Positions 1 through 8,607 of a stretch of 61,972 bases of DNA are shown here, one piece after another. The notes beneath the pieces were generated by a model. That model saw nothing but the letters and a program-made list of their open reading frames with translations, searched no databases and was not told where the DNA came from. The stretch comes from an uncultured virus (IMG/VR IMGVR_UViG_3300033571_024374). Its lineage: Duplodnaviria; Heunggongvirae; Uroviricota; Caudoviricetes. The position numbers were made by a program, and so were the translations under genes. Every line of letters starts with the position of its first letter. Positions within the stretch are counted from its first letter, which is position 1. The stretch covers positions 62,001-123,972 of the IMG/VR virus record IMGVR_UViG_3300033571_024374. One strand, given 5' to 3'.

Positions 1-109
1 CAATAATAAATTCACCTTTAGAAGAGTTAGCTAGTTCAACTAGTTTTTTCTTTTCTACAGGCCATAAAGAAGCGTTAAAATAAGCGTGCATTTCTTCTGA
101 AACTTGCAT
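1..109 (-). CDS. Partial gene running off the window start; DUF2795-like small protein
   Basis: ATG at 109 gives MQVSEEMHAYFNASLWPVEKKKLVELANSSKGEFII; WPxxKxxLxxxA resembles DUF2795; not in the ORF track. Confidence 0.4.
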   Translation of the reverse strand, partial: MQVSEEMHAYFNASLWPVEKKKLVELANSSKGEFII

Positions 110-155
110 AAAAATTTCTTTTTAGTAATATAGGTTATTTAAAAATTATGTTCAT

Positions 156-185
156 AAAAAAAGCCTATCCGAAGATAGGCTTTTT
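156..185 (-). terminator. Rho-independent terminator with a cUUCGg loop on the minus strand
   Basis: AAAAAGCCTATC-CGAA-GATAGGCTTTTT immediately after the stop of 188..1759. Confidence 0.9.
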
Positions 186-187
186 GT

Positions 188-1759
188 TTAGAATCTGTTT
201 CTGTATTCTAGTAGAATATTGAACTTTTCAAAGTTTATCACTCTCGACATATTTTGTGAATATTTTTTCAAGAGTTCTTTTTCTTCATCGGTAAGAGAAT
301 CAAAACCAAGTTCAGAAATTTTGTCTAAAAGTTGATCCAATGTAGGCTTAGATTCCTTTTCTTTTGCCATTTTTTGAATCTTACTTATTTCATCTTCCAT
401 TTCTGTTTCAGGCGATTCCTCATATCTAGGCTCTTCCATTTCTGGCTCTTCTGAAGTAGCACCCATCGCATTTGCATAAATTGTAGCTACTTCTTCGATT
501 GGCCACATATCTCTATCTATTTCTTCATTAAATATTCTTTTGAACAAATCCATAAATACAGCATCAGGTGTTATTTGTTGATCATATAGATCACGTAAAA
601 CATTATACATCATGGTTTCATCATGTTCCGTAATAACACCTTTCTTAATCAAATGATTCTCGACATCAATAAAGAACTCTCTGAATATATTTACGATCAT
701 AGGTCCATAAACAAATCCCTGTTGTTCCTTAAACCAATTCTCAGTCTTTGCTTTAATTCTTTCTAGCTTCTCTTTTTCATACTTCATACCAAAATGAGAG
801 ATTACTTCAAATACTCCTTTAATCATCTCTTGAATTGCTAAGATTAAGCAAAAAGCTTTAACTTCAATAACAGGCTTACCGTCTTTATAGATAACATGCA
901 TTCTCGCTGGAACGATAGCTCCACCACCGCCCATTTGACCACCTTGTTGATCTTGCATTTTTTGCATATATTCCATCATTTGCTTGAACATTTCAATATC
1001 CATATACTTATGAGACTCTAAACTAGTTCTCATAAATTTAAAATACTTTTCAAGTAAATCTGAATTTATTTGATCAACGAGGTCTTGCATATCCTCATCA
1101 AACATACGACCTTGACTAGTTAAAGCAAATCCTTGTGTAAGTGCATTTATAATTTCTCTTTTGCTAATTGCTAGTTTAATGTCTTCGTCAGTTTCTTCTT
1201 TTCCCTTTTCTGCTTTAGGTACATCTCCACCCAAATTACTTTCAGGATCTCTTACAAACTCTACATCAAATTCTAAATCAGAGAATTGAGGTCCCTTTTT
1301 CATCAATGCGGAACCATCAATAATCTTCTTAACAATTTCTCTAGCTATATTTTCAAGTTCTTCATCAGAAAACGTTTCTTGTTCAATTCGACCTATTTCC
1401 ATCATTGTTTGCATGGCTTCCATACCCATACGTTGAAATTGCATTTGGTCAGGTCTAGGTAAACTCTTTTTAAACTTGCCAAAAGATGGAAGGTCTTCCA
1501 AACCTTCTTTAATAGAATATTTAGAATCTGATTTATATAAAGAATTAAAACGTTCAATACATTTCTTTAACTCTTCCTTCCAGTTTTTAGGAACTGGATT
1601 AATACTTGGTTGAGGTGGATTAAATGGTGAAGGTCTCTCTGGAGTTCTTTCTGGAGTCTCTACAGGTGCTTCTTTTGGGGCTGGTTTAGTTTCAGGTTCA
1701 GCTGCTGGCATATTATATGCATACTCATTTAATCCAAGTAGATATTTCATTTTTTTCAT
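188..1759 (-). CDS. Hypothetical protein, probable virion/internal head protein; Pro-rich N-terminus, C-terminal DUF6576-like motif
   Basis: 523-aa ORF; LDQLLDKISELGFDSLTDEEKELL near the C-terminus followed by MSRVINFEKFNILLE; GATATATA upstream. Confidence 0.6.
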   Translation of the reverse strand: MKKMKYLLGLNEYAYNMPAAEPETKPAPKEAPVETPERTPERPSPFNPPQPSINPVPKNWKEELKKCIERFNSLYKSDSKYSIKEGLEDLPSFGKFKKSLPRPDQMQFQRMGMEAMQTMMEIGRIEQETFSDEELENIAREIVKKIIDGSALMKKGPQFSDLEFDVEFVRDPESNLGGDVPKAEKGKEETDEDIKLAISKREIINALTQGFALTSQGRMFDEDMQDLVDQINSDLLEKYFKFMRTSLESHKYMDIEMFKQMMEYMQKMQDQQGGQMGGGGAIVPARMHVIYKDGKPVIEVKAFCLILAIQEMIKGVFEVISHFGMKYEKEKLERIKAKTENWFKEQQGFVYGPMIVNIFREFFIDVENHLIKKGVITEHDETMMYNVLRDLYDQQITPDAVFMDLFKRIFNEEIDRDMWPIEEVATIYANAMGATSEEPEMEEPRYEESPETEMEDEISKIQKMAKEKESKPTLDQLLDKISELGFDSLTDEEKELLKKYSQNMSRVINFEKFNILLEYRNRF

Positions 1760-1786
1760 AATAAATAAATGTTTTTTGTGATATAC

Positions 1787-1794
1787 TATATATC
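1787..1794 (-). promoter_or_regulatory. Putative late promoter GATATATA
   Basis: TATATATC on +, 28 nt upstream of start 1759. Confidence 0.7.
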
Positions 1795-1803
1795 CGTTTA
1801 ATC

Positions 1804-2367
1804 CTATTGTTTTACAAAAATAGGATTTTTTGTTTTAATGAAGAAATTTACGAGATAGTCGAAATATTGTTGTCCACCATACTCTACTAAAACAGGTGGA
1901 CCCATCTTTTCAACATTTTCTAATCCATCTACTGTTAAAGTGTTCCATACCCAATATGGTTGTGGATTATCAGGTGTCCCTCTTTTACCTAACTCTAGAT
2001 TTCCTCTTATTATCGAAGCGAATTTTTGGAAACCTTCTTGAGTTATAGGGGAATAGAATGTATAACTTTTTAAATTATTCCAGGGTGTAGTTACAACAAA
2101 GAATTGACAATTTAAATTTACACCAACTACATTTATAATCAAATCCCTGATTTTTTCAATATTAAATCCACCTTCAATACTATGAAATTTTTTAATTTCA
2201 TCTAAAAAAATCTTACCTACATCAAGAGTAGGCATTTGCATATTTGATTGTTTAGCATTTAAATGTTGTTCGGTCATTTTGACCTTATTGCGATCTCCCC
2301 AACCTCCAAATAGATTCAACAATTCAGGTTCATTAGAAACAAACGACCATTCTTTATTCTTGCTCAT
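1804..2367 (-). CDS. Hypothetical protein
   Basis: 187-aa ORF overlapping the end of the upstream gene. Confidence 0.7.
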   Translation of the reverse strand: MSKNKEWSFVSNEPELLNLFGGWGDRNKVKMTEQHLNAKQSNMQMPTLDVGKIFLDEIKKFHSIEGGFNIEKIRDLIINVVGVNLNCQFFVVTTPWNNLKSYTFYSPITQEGFQKFASIIRGNLELGKRGTPDNPQPYWVWNTLTVDGLENVEKMGPPVLVEYGGQQYFDYLVNFFIKTKNPIFVKQ

Positions 2368-3097
2368 AATCTTTCTTTAAATCAATAATATTTAAATCAA
2401 AATCTGTAGAATCTTTTTTATAACCAGACATAGACTCATCGTACATATCGCTTGTCCATTGATGGTTAAAAAACAATTCATCTGGAGTATTAAAACCATA
2501 CATTTCAAGTATAGATTTTTGCTGTTCCAGTACTTCCTTGCCTCTCCAATTATGTCCGATGACTATAAGACCTGCTTCTTTACCTTTTACTGGATTAGAT
2601 TCTTTTAAAGAGGACTGCATGTTTTCAATCCATGTTAATCTTTCTAATAACTTCTGATAAGTTGCATTCATCGATCCCCATCTAATTGAACCGAAAAATA
2701 CAACAACATCTGCTTCATGAATAGCTTTAGAAATTCTCCACAATTCATCATCTGGGTTATTTAAGGATGCCCAACATCTCATAAAACCATCTGGGTTCTT
2801 CTCTTTATCATCTAAAATTGCTTTTTGTTCACCACAATGATTACCATCTCTATGAGAAACATTCCCCTCACATGGATAAATTTTTAATTTAAATGCGTCA
2901 AATATTCTCGGCTTTGGGTCAATCATAGAAGCCATAACTTCAGCTAATTCTGATGATTTAGGAATTTCTTTATCCCATCTGTTAGATGTTGTTATAAATA
3001 CACATTCCTTCCCTTGTAAATACTCAATTGTATTGAGCAAAGGTTTGAATTCACCAGAAGATGCTTCAAATAAACTAAATGGAGTTATATTCTTCAT
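2354..3097 (-). CDS. Flavodoxin-fold NADPH-dependent FMN reductase / iron-sulfur flavoprotein-like
   Basis: FITTSNR, IYPCEG..C..C, EADVVVFFGSIRWG, KLLERL, KGKEAGLIVIG motifs; N-terminal MKNITPFSLFE tag. Confidence 0.75.
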   Translation of the reverse strand: MKNITPFSLFEASSGEFKPLLNTIEYLQGKECVFITTSNRWDKEIPKSSELAEVMASMIDPKPRIFDAFKLKIYPCEGNVSHRDGNHCGEQKAILDDKEKNPDGFMRCWASLNNPDDELWRISKAIHEADVVVFFGSIRWGSMNATYQKLLERLTWIENMQSSLKESNPVKGKEAGLIVIGHNWRGKEVLEQQKSILEMYGFNTPDELFFNHQWTSDMYDESMSGYKKDSTDFDLNIIDLKKDYEQE

Positions 3098-3120
3098 TTT
3101 AAACTTTTTATGATTTAAAG

Positions 3121-3128
3121 TATATATC
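3121..3128 (-). promoter_or_regulatory. Putative late promoter GATATATA
   Basis: 24 nt upstream of start 3097. Confidence 0.7.
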
Positions 3129-3149
3129 TAATAAATAAAAGTTCATACT

Positions 3150-3356
3150 ATGAATTACGCTAGAAAAGTAAGAGAATTAGAAAAGATTTACTTTAATGAA
3201 AGTAAAGAGAATGAAAGTAATAAGTTCGAGTTAATAGAAACTCACAAAAAATATGAAGAACTTAAAACTCTATGTAAGGATCTTTTGAATAATTATGACA
3301 ACAAAGAAAATATAGAAGATTCAGTAATTAAGATAAAATATCACCTTATGGGTTAA
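3150..3356 (+). CDS. Small hypothetical protein
   Basis: 68-aa ORF filling the gap between two minus-strand genes. Confidence 0.6.
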   Translation: MNYARKVRELEKIYFNESKENESNKFELIETHKKYEELKTLCKDLLNNYDNKENIEDSVIKIKYHLMG

Positions 3357-3802
3357 TCTTTCTTCAAACGATTATAAAGATCTTTTTTTATAGCGGATAA
3401 ATGTTTGCAGAATTTAGGTATCCTCTGGGGATTCATTTTTTTTAATGGCTCTCCATTTGAAGATATGATTTCAGAAGCATCCTTTGTCCAAAGTAACCAT
3501 TCATTTTCATATCTAAAATCATTACAATCACAATGAGCAATAACATGTTGATCTAAGTTATCTAAAGTTATAACTTTATCACTTAAAGGCTTCACCCATT
3601 GCTTATGCTTATTACCACTCGATACAGTGGTTGTCTGATATACATACTTGTTCTTTTTAGTTCTGGTCACAAATTTAACAATAATGTCTTTAGCCCTTTC
3701 TTTATATCTCTTTGGAGTTCTTTTATAAATATAATTAAATCTTAATTCGTTAAGACTGGTATCTAATTTATTATGTAAAAAATCTATGAATGATGTCAGC
3801 AT
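3353..3802 (-). CDS. SWIM-type zinc-finger protein
   Basis: HCDCNDF...FCKHL (CxC..CxH); N-terminal MLTSFIDFL..LNE tag. Confidence 0.7.
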   Translation of the reverse strand: MLTSFIDFLHNKLDTSLNELRFNYIYKRTPKRYKERAKDIIVKFVTRTKKNKYVYQTTTVSSGNKHKQWVKPLSDKVITLDNLDQHVIAHCDCNDFRYENEWLLWTKDASEIISSNGEPLKKMNPQRIPKFCKHLSAIKKDLYNRLKKD

Positions 3803-3813
3803 GATTTTAAGAA

Positions 3814-4494
3814 TTAATTATTTATTTCTGAAAGATGCTCTTGGAACAAATTATAAATAGTAGGTGTCCACAAATCCTTGGATAAATCTATTGGGCTTAA
3901 ATTAGCAGCATTCTTTATAGTTGGGTCTGCTCCAAAATCTAATAACAATTGAACTGTATCATCCGATTCTCTTTCTAATGCATAATGTAAGGGTGTATTA
4001 CCCTCATCGTCTTGTGCATTTGGATTTATACCTTGGGCTAAAAATAATTCAGTAAGAGGCAGGTTAGCATATTCAGCCGCTAAGTGTAATGGAGTAGCAG
4101 CATTAAATTTGCTTTTGATGCTCTTTACATTCGCACCATACTCAATAAGTGTTTTTGCAACATCTACCCCCTTATAGTTTTCTGCTACACTAAATATAGG
4201 GGTAAAACCCGATTCATCTTCTATATTTGGATCCATACCATAATCTAAAAGCATCTTAACTAGATCCGCTTTAGTTTCATATCGGCATGCTATATGTAAA
4301 ACAGTTTCACCAAAAGCATCATCAATATACTCCAAGTTTGCCCCAAGTTCTATAATATTTTTTACATAATCAATATTCGCATCTTTGGTTTCTCTTTTCT
4401 TAATCTCATCAATAATTAATTTAGTCTTATTATTGGGAGACATAATCATATATTCATATGGATCAAATTCTTCAAAGAGTTTAATATACTTCAT
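3814..4494 (-). CDS. Ankyrin-repeat protein
   Basis: Repeats GETVLHIAC, GFTPIFSV, ATPLHLAA, GNTPLHYAL..LLLDFGADP; N-terminal MKYIKLFEEF tag. Confidence 0.92.
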   Translation of the reverse strand: MKYIKLFEEFDPYEYMIMSPNNKTKLIIDEIKKRETKDANIDYVKNIIELGANLEYIDDAFGETVLHIACRYETKADLVKMLLDYGMDPNIEDESGFTPIFSVAENYKGVDVAKTLIEYGANVKSIKSKFNAATPLHLAAEYANLPLTELFLAQGINPNAQDDEGNTPLHYALERESDDTVQLLLDFGADPTIKNAANLSPIDLSKDLWTPTIYNLFQEHLSEINN

Positions 4495-4503
4495 AGTAAA
4501 TCT

Positions 4504-5790
4504 TTAGATTATAATAGGTTCTTTAGGCTCACCCTTTTCATCTGATTCAACATCGGGCCATACTTTACCTGACTTAGCAGTTGGCTTAGATTCTTCTTTC
4601 TTTTTTTCTTCCTCTTTTGCGGTAACATAAGGTAAATAAGAATCACTAAGATTTTCTAAAGCCCATCTGGTCTGCTTTCCTATTCTACCATCTACAGTCA
4701 ATTTTCTTCCATCTTCGTTCATGGAATTTTCTTGAAAACGAATGACAGCAGAATGTGTAAGTTCACCAAATTTTCCAGTTATACCACCTTTAAATATACC
4801 CATTGCTTGAAGTATCTTTTGAACAACTTTTATTATTGCACCTTCTTGGATACCATTATATCCAATCCATGTTTTATTAGGGGAATATGATTCTAGCTCT
4901 TTAGCAAACTTAGATGCTAATTTAGAACTGATCTTCTCCTCTTCTATCAAAATACAATTATCAATAAGTAATTCTAAACAATGAACTAAAACTGTTGCTC
5001 TCCATGATATATCTGCACCTGGAAGCAAATCATAATACCGCATGTGATAATATGTGTCCTGTATAGATTCTGCTAATTTCTTAAAAGGCTTTTCTATAAC
5101 ACTCTCGAACTCAGTCAAGTAATCAATTTCTGTACTCTCTCCGAATATTGAATGGAATGTGCTTATGTCATATTTTTTAACAAAGTCAGATAATCCTAAA
5201 AATGTTTGAGAAGGCTGATAATTACCCATAAGATTAGTTAAAAATACACCAATCATATAAATAGGATTTCTATATTTTCTCGTTTTAATTAAAATTTCTT
5301 TCTGAACAACATCGATTGGACTACTTGCATCAGTAAAGTCAGCATCAGATCTTTCGATTTTTACTTTCTTCAAATTTTTAATCTGGTCTGGGAGAATAGT
5401 GCTTAAATAAGATTTATAATTATTTATATCTTGCTTAATGACCTTAGCTGCCTTTTTAACTTTATCTTTATTTTCCTTTAGATATAACAAGTCTTGATAT
5501 ACTTCTACATCCGTCTGACTAGTAGATTTCTCAAGTAATGTCATCATACCGCTTGTACATGACTTATAACCAACATCAACCATATTCCATAGTGATGATG
5601 TTGGAAGGAGAGCTTCTTGGAATGTTTCATTACCATTAAATATTTCAATAGTTGATTGTGCTGAAAGAGCAGTAATTTGATAAAGGTCTGACATTCTGAA
5701 CTCTTTCAATGTCAAACCATAATAACCATCATAAATGCCAGCTATTTCATTTAATTTAGCTTCTTTGAATTTACTATATCGTGTAATCAC
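4504..5790 (-). CDS. Peptidoglycan-binding-domain protein (C-terminal PG_binding_1-like)
   Basis: VQKILQAMGI..GKFGELTHSAVIRFQE..LTVDGRIGKQTRWAL; GTG start. Confidence 0.8.
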   Translation of the reverse strand: MITRYSKFKEAKLNEIAGIYDGYYGLTLKEFRMSDLYQITALSAQSTIEIFNGNETFQEALLPTSSLWNMVDVGYKSCTSGMMTLLEKSTSQTDVEVYQDLLYLKENKDKVKKAAKVIKQDINNYKSYLSTILPDQIKNLKKVKIERSDADFTDASSPIDVVQKEILIKTRKYRNPIYMIGVFLTNLMGNYQPSQTFLGLSDFVKKYDISTFHSIFGESTEIDYLTEFESVIEKPFKKLAESIQDTYYHMRYYDLLPGADISWRATVLVHCLELLIDNCILIEEEKISSKLASKFAKELESYSPNKTWIGYNGIQEGAIIKVVQKILQAMGIFKGGITGKFGELTHSAVIRFQENSMNEDGRKLTVDGRIGKQTRWALENLSDSYLPYVTAKEEEKKKEESKPTAKSGKVWPDVESDEKGEPKEPIII

Positions 5791-5812
5791 AGCTTTAAAT
5801 TATATTTGCTTG

Positions 5813-5820
5813 TATATATC
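5813..5820 (-). promoter_or_regulatory. Putative late promoter GATATATA
   Basis: 23 nt upstream of start 5790. Confidence 0.7.
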
Positions 5821-5858
5821 AAAAAAATAACCCTCTTTTGAAAATATCAGAAGAGGGC
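5821..5858 (-). terminator. Probable Rho-independent terminator
   Basis: CCCTCTTTTGA-AAATA-TCAGAAGAGGG stem with an A-run on + (U-run on -) after 5879..6811. Confidence 0.6.
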
Positions 5859-5878
5859 TGGAAAATTATAAAATTTAT

Positions 5879-6811
5879 TTAATAACCAAAGTTTTTCAGA
5901 TTATCTGGATTGAAAGATGTGGTAGATGCATCAACACTAACTCTCCTAGTCTTAGTAATTGTGCCTTTAGGTTTAGAAACCACTGATACCTCAGTATCGG
6001 CTTTCTTATCATCGGATTTTACATCTTCAATTATATTTTCTGATATTACTTCAGCCAATCCTTCTACATAGTATTTATATGCAAGTAAAGAAATATCTCT
6101 GATGATATAATTCCCTATGTTATTTTTATCAAATGAAGAAATAGAACTTTTTGAAATTTTAAAACCAGGTGTATCGGAATAACCTGTCAATATTTCTGGC
6201 GATATTCCTAATTTAGGATCAAAATCCCTCGAAGTCAATGCGGATTTGAGGTCTTGAATGAATTTAGTTTTATTACTAATTTTTTCAAAAACATCTCTTT
6301 GTGAACTGTTTAATTTATCAAATATTCCTTTAGATTTTAATAAATCTACTAATTTATTTTCAGAAAGTAATTTAACAACATTTGAAGGATTTTTCAAATT
6401 TTCACTAGCAGATGCCATCACATAACTTTCACTACCTATATTTGGAATAGATATTGAATCTAATATATTTTTATCAGTTCTATATTCATTCTCCAATTCC
6501 TTTAAAACACTAGCAGGGAAATCAGTATAATTTGGATTAGTATATTTTTCAATCTTTTTCCACATTGGATTAAATACATCTTTAGCCTTAAAATTCGTAG
6601 TTCCATTTTCTGGCGTAATAATCGTATTTAAGTCCGTATTAGCTGTACCTAAGATTCTTTTAACCAATTTATTATACATTTCAGAATGCACATATTCCAT
6701 CAAGGTTTTATCTGTATAAACAGATTCATTTACATTATCAATATTATATTCTGAATTTGAATTATTTTCAGAAATAAATTGACTATAATTTAATATTTTT
6801 GACATATTCAT
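5879..6811 (-). CDS. Hypothetical protein, probable internal head protein
   Basis: 310 aa; N-terminal MSKILNYSQFISE tag and VNES site. Confidence 0.65.
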   Translation of the reverse strand: MNMSKILNYSQFISENNSNSEYNIDNVNESVYTDKTLMEYVHSEMYNKLVKRILGTANTDLNTIITPENGTTNFKAKDVFNPMWKKIEKYTNPNYTDFPASVLKELENEYRTDKNILDSISIPNIGSESYVMASASENLKNPSNVVKLLSENKLVDLLKSKGIFDKLNSSQRDVFEKISNKTKFIQDLKSALTSRDFDPKLGISPEILTGYSDTPGFKISKSSISSFDKNNIGNYIIRDISLLAYKYYVEGLAEVISENIIEDVKSDDKKADTEVSVVSKPKGTITKTRRVSVDASTTSFNPDNLKNFGY

Positions 6812-6815
6812 CTAT

Positions 6816-8336
6816 TTATTTTACAGAAGACACATTATTAGGATTTGTATCCATAAAGCTTGTACTACCTACATTAGACAATGGACCCTGTGCATATTTT
6901 TGTTTTAGTGCTTGCACATAACCATTAATAAGAGCTTTAGTCTCTCTTCCAATTTTACCATCTTGTAATTTAGCACCAGCTTTCATTTGGAAATCCTTTA
7001 CCCCACGCTCTGTTATAGTATCAAATACTTCAGAATTCAATTTACTCTTTTCAACATTACCAGAATAAATCAATAAGTTGTTAATCAATTTAACAACCTC
7101 TGGGTTCATTTTTCTTGATCCAACTTTATAAACAAGTCTATCGGTTGTAAAAAATCCAAGATTTTCTAATTTTTCTACAATCTCTGCTTGTGCCATAGCT
7201 TTATTTCTAAGAATATTAAACTTCTTTTCACCCGCTTCCTTTTTAATTGTTTCTTCTTTCTTTACTACTAAACTTTCAACTTCTAAATTCAAGTTTATAA
7301 GTTTCAAAGAAACTAAAGAAACCACACACATATACATTACCTGCATAGATGGAGTAAAGATATTCTTTGTATCTTCATCTGGGCTTTGCAAAAACACTCT
7401 CTTTAAAAGAATTGAACTAACTTCATTTAACAATTCACCCATAGGTTCAAATACACCAGAATCTATTGAAGGTATAAATTGTTTCATAGCCATAATTGCA
7501 TCAGGCCCAACTACTCCGCTAGTAAGATTTATTGAAGTATAATTCTTTCCAAATTTAGTTGAAAGCTGTTGACCATAAGGATACATGTTTATAACCATTT
7601 CATAAAAGCCTGCTAAACGGTCATATAAATCTACAGATTTAATAAGTTCATTAGGTTCTAACAAAGATCCAACTAAAAGTTTAGGATTAGATTGTATTGT
7701 ATCTGATTCAATCTCTTCTAGTTCCATACCGTCTACAACTGTATACAATCCTTTCAGACCAACAGTTGATGCTGACTGTTCTAAACTAGTCAAAGTTTGT
7801 TTAATTATACTAGATATATCTAAATTATACAATGAAATAAAACTTTGCTTCAACGCTTCTGATTTAAAATCTATTGTAGTAGATTTCATAAAATTCTTTA
7901 CAGCTTCATCAATTTTAGGTATAACTGATGATATTCCACTAGGACTTGTAATTTCTGAAATCTTTTTCTGTCTTTCACCATAACTAGTTTTAGTAGCATC
8001 AATTACAGCCTGAAAACCAGCTGATAAGTCCTTTTCTATGAAGAGGATTCTAGTATCCATATAACTGATTTGAGATCTAATTAATTCAAATGCACTCGTA
8101 TTAGATGCCTTATCTTTCCCCATAACTGGAGCCAATGATGGCATATTAGATTTAATAAATGTATGGATCGCATCAGATTTTTCTAAATCCAAACCTTCAA
8201 ATAGTTTGTCGATCGTCAATTCAGACAATCTAAATTTAGCATCTTGATCAAATAGACCGAACCAGTCAGATGAAATAAAATTACTTTCATTCAATCTGAA
8301 TTGATCATGGTTATTATAAAAGTTTTTAAAAAGCAT
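6816..8336 (-). CDS. Peptidoglycan-binding-domain protein, paralog of 8608..10026
   Basis: C-terminal FDTITERGVKDFQ..LQDGKIGRETKALI. Confidence 0.75.
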   Translation of the reverse strand: MLFKNFYNNHDQFRLNESNFISSDWFGLFDQDAKFRLSELTIDKLFEGLDLEKSDAIHTFIKSNMPSLAPVMGKDKASNTSAFELIRSQISYMDTRILFIEKDLSAGFQAVIDATKTSYGERQKKISEITSPSGISSVIPKIDEAVKNFMKSTTIDFKSEALKQSFISLYNLDISSIIKQTLTSLEQSASTVGLKGLYTVVDGMELEEIESDTIQSNPKLLVGSLLEPNELIKSVDLYDRLAGFYEMVINMYPYGQQLSTKFGKNYTSINLTSGVVGPDAIMAMKQFIPSIDSGVFEPMGELLNEVSSILLKRVFLQSPDEDTKNIFTPSMQVMYMCVVSLVSLKLINLNLEVESLVVKKEETIKKEAGEKKFNILRNKAMAQAEIVEKLENLGFFTTDRLVYKVGSRKMNPEVVKLINNLLIYSGNVEKSKLNSEVFDTITERGVKDFQMKAGAKLQDGKIGRETKALINGYVQALKQKYAQGPLSNVGSTSFMDTNPNNVSSVK

Positions 8337-8360
8337 TGTTTTATAATTATTTTGTTCTTC

Positions 8361-8368
8361 TATATATC
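8361..8368 (-). promoter_or_regulatory. Putative late promoter GATATATA
   Basis: 25 nt upstream of start 8336. Confidence 0.7.
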
Positions 8369-8377
8369 TGTATAATA

Positions 8378-8429
8378 AAACTAGATATGCTCAATAAAGC
8401 AAAAAACTTCATTGAGCATATTTTAGTTT
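8378..8429 (-). terminator. Long imperfect inverted repeat (terminator or RNA hairpin)
   Basis: AAACTAGATATGCTCAAT ... ATTGAGCATATTTTAGTTT just after the stop of 8434..8595. Confidence 0.5.
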
Positions 8430-8433
8430 ATTA

Positions 8434-8595
8434 TTATTCTTCTAACAACTTATAAACTTCTGTGAAATCAAAGTTATTACCATCTTTTAGAATAGTAAAA
8501 CTCATTTCTTTTTTATCTTCTTCGAAAAGAATAGAGTTACTTTCGTTTATTGTGTCATTTGAAAGAAAATCATTGAATTTTAATATTTTCATCAT
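8434..8595 (-). CDS. Unannotated 53-aa protein with capsid-targeting-like N-terminus
   Basis: Hand translation MMKILKFNDFLSNDTINESNSILFEEDKKEMSFTILKDGNNFDFTEVYKLLEE*; starts 12 nt after the upstream stop. Confidence 0.75.
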   Translation of the reverse strand: MMKILKFNDFLSNDTINESNSILFEEDKKEMSFTILKDGNNFDFTEVYKLLEE

Positions 8596-8607
8596 GTTTT
8601 ATTATTT

